The notes under the pieces were generated by a model. That model was not told where the DNA came from. It saw only the letters and a list, made by a program, of their open reading frames with translations, and made no database searches. Below are positions 59,660 to 64,000 of a DNA stretch of 64,000 bases, one piece after another. Location: the NCBI GenBank assembly GCA_041183865.1, contig JBEGKW010000011.1, forward strand, positions 6,900-70,899. Direction: 5' to 3'. Position 1 is the first letter of the stretch. The number at the start of each line of letters is the position of its first letter. Source of the DNA: Actinomycetota bacterium (GTDB lineage Bacteria > Actinomycetota > Actinomycetes > Actinomycetales > Microbacteriaceae). The translations under genes were made by a program, and so were the position numbers.

Positions 59660-60325
59660 GTGAACGACATTCTGAACTGGCTTCTCGACACCGTGCAGAG
59701 CGTAGACCCGATGCTACGTAACCTGCTTGCCGGGTTTGCAATCCTTTGCGAAACCTCGCTGTTTGTCGGTTTGATCATCCCAGGCGACACCGTCGTTCTT
59801 GTAGCGGCTACCGGCGTAACCGACATCCCTGATTTCTTCTATCTGCTAGGTGCCGTACTGCTTGGTTCACTAATCGGCGAGTCGCTCGGCTTCTTCATTG
59901 GCCGACTCTTCGGCAAGCGAATTCGCTACAGCAAGTTTGGCCAACGCCTTGGCGAAAAGAACTGGCAACTAGCTGACCGCTTTGTTGAACGACGAGGTGG
60001 CGTCGCTGTTGCAATCTCGAGATTCTTGCCGATTCTGCATTCTTTGGTTCCGGTCGTGTCGGGCATGACCAAAATGCGTTACCGAACTTTCATTTCTTGG
60101 ACCGTAGCGGCCTGCGCCATCTGGGCTAGCGCTTACGTTGGCGTCGGTTATCTTGCTCGAAGCACCTACCAGCAAATCGCCGGGCAGCTGAAGTGGGGCG
60201 GGCTGGCATTCGTTGCAATCATCCTGATTTTCATGATCATTGTCCACTTCGGAAAGCAGAAGCTCGAAATCGCTGCCGAGAAAATGGCCGATAATCCCGC
60301 TGCTAGCAAGGATGAGGCCAACTAA
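59660..60325 (+). CDS. DedA-family membrane protein
   Basis: ETSLFVGLIIPGD, GRLFG, RFLP and SGMTKMRYRTF motifs. Confidence 0.9.
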   Translation: MNDILNWLLDTVQSVDPMLRNLLAGFAILCETSLFVGLIIPGDTVVLVAATGVTDIPDFFYLLGAVLLGSLIGESLGFFIGRLFGKRIRYSKFGQRLGEKNWQLADRFVERRGGVAVAISRFLPILHSLVPVVSGMTKMRYRTFISWTVAACAIWASAYVGVGYLARSTYQQIAGQLKWGGLAFVAIILIFMIIVHFGKQKLEIAAEKMADNPAASKDEAN

Positions 60326-61062
60326 TGTGCGGTCGTTTTGTGGTTGCTCGAACCGTTGGTGAAATTCAGACCATCTTCGAAGCGGACGAGATCATCGGCG
60401 ATGTTCCCGGTGTTTCTTTCAACGTCGCGCCAACTCAGCCAATCGCCATCATCGTCGACCGCGCTTTCGAAAAGGCCCCGGATGGGTCTCCACTCGGCGA
60501 ATTGAGTCGCGAAATTCACGCCGCTCGTTGGGGTCTGGTTCCTAGATGGGCAAAGGGTCCTGCCGAGGGTGCTCCCCTGATCAACGGTCGCATCGAGAGT
60601 TTGCTTGAAAAGCCTTCATTCAAAGATTCCGTGGTTCGTCGTCGTTGCGTGATTCCGGCTTCGGGTTATTACGAATGGCACGTTGCCGCCGACGGCACCA
60701 AGCAGCCTTTTTACATCAATGCCGGCCCGGATGGCATGTTTGCACTCGCCGGCTTGTACGAATGGTGGGCAGACCCAACCAAGGATGCCAAGGATCCATC
60801 ACGCTGGCTGCTTTCTGCGACGACGCTGACTAAGGCTTCTTGCCCGGAGTTGGCGCACATTCACGACCGTAACCCGGTCTTGCTCTCTCCAGACACCTTT
60901 GAAGCGTGGCTAGACCCTCACATCGAGGGTGACCAAGATCTACTCGAGGCGATTGCTATCGATTCTGATTTCGTGGCTGCCGAAGCAGAGTTCTTCAAGG
61001 TAGGCACCGAAGTTGGACAAGTTCGCAACAACACCCCTGAGCTCATTAAACCGCTGCACTAA
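60325..61062 (+). CDS. SOS response-associated peptidase (SRAP/YedK/HMCES family)
   Basis: MCGRF N-terminal Cys, NVAPTQ, WGLVP, GYYEW and IHDRNP motifs. Confidence 0.93.
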   Translation: MCGRFVVARTVGEIQTIFEADEIIGDVPGVSFNVAPTQPIAIIVDRAFEKAPDGSPLGELSREIHAARWGLVPRWAKGPAEGAPLINGRIESLLEKPSFKDSVVRRRCVIPASGYYEWHVAADGTKQPFYINAGPDGMFALAGLYEWWADPTKDAKDPSRWLLSATTLTKASCPELAHIHDRNPVLLSPDTFEAWLDPHIEGDQDLLEAIAIDSDFVAAEAEFFKVGTEVGQVRNNTPELIKPLH

Positions 61063-61140
61063 CCCGCTCAGACACGCCCGGGGCTGCATAAAACCCCCTC
61101 TCAATTTGAATTGTCTGACCCTTTTCCTACACTCTTAACG

Positions 61141-61158
61141 TTCGAACATATGTTCGAA
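61141..61158. promoter_or_regulatory. LexA SOS box
   Basis: Perfect palindrome TTCGAACATATGTTCGAA = actinobacterial TCGAAC-N4-GTTCGA; TACACT -10 just upstream. Confidence 0.92.
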
Positions 61159-61176
61159 TAAATGAGAGGATGGATC

Positions 61177-61494
61177 ATGCAGCGAATCGACGAAAAAGTC
61201 TTGGTTTCGACCAATCGCAGCGGCGAACCTATTGGGTTCCTGTGGCGCAACTCCAACTATCAGGTTCGAACTAAACCCGTGCGCTGGTTTGCCCGACGTG
61301 ATTGGTGGCTTGAAGCCACCCGTGTTCAACGTGGGGTCGGTGCCAACGTTCTTGAAGTTGAAGTCTGGCGCATGGTGGCGTCTAAGGGCGAAGAGCCAGA
61401 GGCTGCTAAGAAAACCCAGTTCGAGATAGTGCACAGCTCAGATGACGCCAATGACCAAAAGGGCATTTGGCGTCTGATGCGGGTTTACGACTAG
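61177..61494 (+). CDS. DUF6504-like small protein resembling a stand-alone ImuB C-terminal domain
   Basis: P.GFLWR...V....RW..RDWW...WR.....WRLMRVYD pattern; GAGG SD; first gene after the SOS box. Confidence 0.72.
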   Translation: MQRIDEKVLVSTNRSGEPIGFLWRNSNYQVRTKPVRWFARRDWWLEATRVQRGVGANVLEVEVWRMVASKGEEPEAAKKTQFEIVHSSDDANDQKGIWRLMRVYD

Positions 61495-61512
61495 AAGGTC
61501 AAGGAGGTCATC

Positions 61513-64000
61513 GTGAGCGGTTTCACCCACTTGCACGTGGCTTCGGCATTCTCTGGTCACTACGGGGTCACCAGACCCGAAACAATGGCAGAGGCGGTCG
61601 CAGCTTCGGGCTCGAGCGCACTCGCCATAACCGATCGAGACGGGCTATACGGTTCGGTCAAACACATCGGAGCCTGTCTGAAGTTAGGCATCTCCCCCAT
61701 TGCCGGCGTTGACCTTGCCATTCTCGATGAGAGCGGCTCGGTTTTGGCGAGAAGCGTGATCCTCGCCCACGGTCAAAATGTCGGCAAGGGCTGGTCAAAA
61801 CTTTGTGCCATCGTTTCGGCAGCACATTCGTCCCGAAGCAAATCAGGCCAAATGCGCAAAGAAGCGCAGATCGGCATCAAGCGAAGTGAACTAGCAAGGC
61901 TCTTAGCCGAAGACGGCGGCTGCACGGTTTTGATTGGTCCCGATAGCGATGTCGGTCGCGCGGTTCTGAGTGGGCCAAAACAGCTGGCCAGTTCACTTCT
62001 AAGTTCTTGGCGTGAAATGTTCAGGCATCCGGCAACACTCGGCGTCGAGATTGTCAGCCACCTAACCGAACCGGGCACCGCCTATTCGACCGAACAAGCT
62101 CACCGAATGCTGCAACTAGCAGATTCGATGTCGATTCCGACCGTCTTGACGAATGCCGTTCGCTACCTAGAGCCCGATGACGCCCTGACCGCCGATGTTC
62201 TCGATGCAGCCAGGCACTTAGAGCCTTTAGGCCTGTTTACCCCGCAGCCAAACGCACAGGCTTGGCTTAAGCCAGACATTTCGATGCAAGCCCTGGCTCT
62301 CGAAATATGCGGTGAGGCCAGTCGTGCATTGCAACTTCTAGATTCAACAGAACGCCTTGCCGATCGGTGCCGACTAGAACCGATAACCGATTGCGGTTGG
62401 GGTAAACCGAAAACCCCCGAAAAGAGCGCACTCGGCATCGAGGGCAATCCCTTCGAGGTGCTTTGGCAAAAGGCCCATGCCGGAATCGACCATTATTACC
62501 GTGGCGCAAATGCAGCGCTGTTGTCTCAGGTTCATCACCGCCTAGGCCAAGAGCTGATCACAATCAACAAACTTGGTTTCGCAACCTACTTTCTTACGGT
62601 TGCCGATGTAGCCCAGATGATTCGCGATATGAAAATCAGAAGCCAGGCTAGAGGTTCGGGTGCCGGCTCGTTGACCAACTATCTACTCGGCATCAGCGGC
62701 GTCGACCCAATCGAACATGACCTGCTGTTTGAGCGCTTCCTGAGCACCGAAAGATCGACGTTGCCTGACATCGACATCGACGTAGAGTCGGCCAGACGCC
62801 ACGACATCTATCGAGCCATCTTCAAACGCTATGGCAGCAGCCGGGTGACTTTGCTCTCAATGCAGTCAACCTATCGAGGGCGCGGTGCAATGCGCGACTC
62901 TGGCTTGGCCCTGGGGCTCGAAGACGAAGAGATCGACGACATAGCCAAGAACATGTGGCGCTTTAGCGCTCGAAGCTTCAGAGGAGCACTTGGCACCAAA
63001 CCAGAACTGTCGGCTCTAGCTTCGGCGGTAGAAGAAGACCGACGCATGAATCTCTTGGTCGACATCACCGAAAGACTCGACCGGCTACCTAGACACATTT
63101 CGATGCACCCGTGTGGCGTCATTCTCGGAGACTCGACCCTGCTGCAGCGAACTTCGGTTGAGCCAAGTGGGCTAGGGCTGCCAATGAGCCAGTTCGATAA
63201 AGACGACATGGACCCGATGGGCTTGCTGAAACTAGACGTTTTGGGTGTGCGAATGCAGAGTGCGATGGCCTACGCGGTTAGAGAGATCGCCCGCGTGCGA
63301 GGCGAAAACCTTGACCTAGACAACATTCCACGCGATGACGCAGACACATTCAAGACCATACGCACCACCAACACTCTCGGCATCTTCCAAATCGAAAGCC
63401 CTGGTCAACGCGAGCTAACCGGCAAACACCAACCGACAGAATTCAACGACTTGACCATTCAGATTTCCCTCTTTAGACCCGGGCCGATGAAAGGCAACAT
63501 GATTGCGCCCTATCTAGATGGGCGACACGGTTTTGCCAAGGCCGATTTCATTCACGAAGACCTTGTGCCGATTTTGAAAGAAACCTGGGGCGTGGTCATC
63601 TTTCACGAACACGTTCTGCGAATCTTGAACGTAATGACCGGCTGTACATTAGCCAAAGCCGACGAGATGAGGCGTTCGCTCGAAAACCCTCGCGTGGCAC
63701 CTCAGGTCAAGAAGTTCTTTCACGAGAAGACTCAAGAGCGCGGCTATAGCAAGGCGGTTATCGATCGAGTCTGGGAGATTCTCGAGGGATTCAGTAGCTT
63801 TGGCTTCTGCAAGGCACATGGCGCCGCCTTTGCCCTGCCGACCTATCAAAGCGCATGGCTCAAGACTCACTTCCCAACCGAGTTCCTTGCCGGTCTATTT
63901 ACCCACGATCCGGGCATGTATCCGAAGCGACTACTAATGGCCGAGGCAAGGCGACTCGGTGTCAGGGTGTTGCCGCTAGACGTAAATAAATCAACCGATG
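61513..64000 (+). CDS. dnaE2: Error-prone DNA polymerase III alpha (DnaE2-type), 3' truncated by window
   Basis: GTG after AAGGAGG; FTHLHVAS, LAITDRDG, RGSGAGS, FERFL, PDIDID, HPCG, KLDVLG and FGFCKAH motifs in one frame; downstream of a LexA box. Confidence 0.9.
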   Translation, partial: MSGFTHLHVASAFSGHYGVTRPETMAEAVAASGSSALAITDRDGLYGSVKHIGACLKLGISPIAGVDLAILDESGSVLARSVILAHGQNVGKGWSKLCAIVSAAHSSRSKSGQMRKEAQIGIKRSELARLLAEDGGCTVLIGPDSDVGRAVLSGPKQLASSLLSSWREMFRHPATLGVEIVSHLTEPGTAYSTEQAHRMLQLADSMSIPTVLTNAVRYLEPDDALTADVLDAARHLEPLGLFTPQPNAQAWLKPDISMQALALEICGEASRALQLLDSTERLADRCRLEPITDCGWGKPKTPEKSALGIEGNPFEVLWQKAHAGIDHYYRGANAALLSQVHHRLGQELITINKLGFATYFLTVADVAQMIRDMKIRSQARGSGAGSLTNYLLGISGVDPIEHDLLFERFLSTERSTLPDIDIDVESARRHDIYRAIFKRYGSSRVTLLSMQSTYRGRGAMRDSGLALGLEDEEIDDIAKNMWRFSARSFRGALGTKPELSALASAVEEDRRMNLLVDITERLDRLPRHISMHPCGVILGDSTLLQRTSVEPSGLGLPMSQFDKDDMDPMGLLKLDVLGVRMQSAMAYAVREIARVRGENLDLDNIPRDDADTFKTIRTTNTLGIFQIESPGQRELTGKHQPTEFNDLTIQISLFRPGPMKGNMIAPYLDGRHGFAKADFIHEDLVPILKETWGVVIFHEHVLRILNVMTGCTLAKADEMRRSLENPRVAPQVKKFFHEKTQERGYSKAVIDRVWEILEGFSSFGFCKAHGAAFALPTYQSAWLKTHFPTEFLAGLFTHDPGMYPKRLLMAEARRLGVRVLPLDVNKSTD

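Overview
This is a core-genome segment of a streamlined actinobacterium. Gene content, gene order and the tiny intergenic spacers resemble freshwater Microbacteriaceae (Rhodoluna/Aquiluna-like); the taxonomy is inferred, not searched. Gene order: panB(3')-map-ppgK, rnpB, RNase H/CobC-zinc ribbon-Nif3-permease, tRNA-Val, ahpE, aceE-fasR-fabD-fabH-acpP-fabF-tdk-amidohydrolase, tRNA-Ile2, GT4/DMT, def, azlDC with a two-component pair, tRNA-Asn, dnaG-dgt-dusB-glyQS-uppS-recO, leuA with its leader peptide, era-corC-ybeY-phoH-HIT-rsmE-dnaJ-hrcA (CIRCE)-hemW-lepA, rpsT, MFS-holA-comEC-comEA, leuS, pabB/pabC, cydABDC, dedA-SRAP, and a LexA-box-preceded small gene plus dnaE2 (truncated by the window). 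I saw no mobile element, prophage or CRISPR array. The strongest novelty candidate is a NarX/NarL-type two-component pair coupled to azlC-azlD, in which the kinase has lost its phospho-His (H->N) and the regulator has lost its conserved Lys and other active-site residues. Next is an SOS cassette pairing a stand-alone ImuB-C-like protein with DnaE2, with no adjacent imuA/imuB. Other observations: a DtxR/IdeR-type box upstream of cydA, a probable ATC start for cydD, clean internal deletions in aceE (frameshifting) and rpsT (in-frame) that may be assembly gaps, and recurrent leaderless -10 promoters placed in stop codons and terminator tails.
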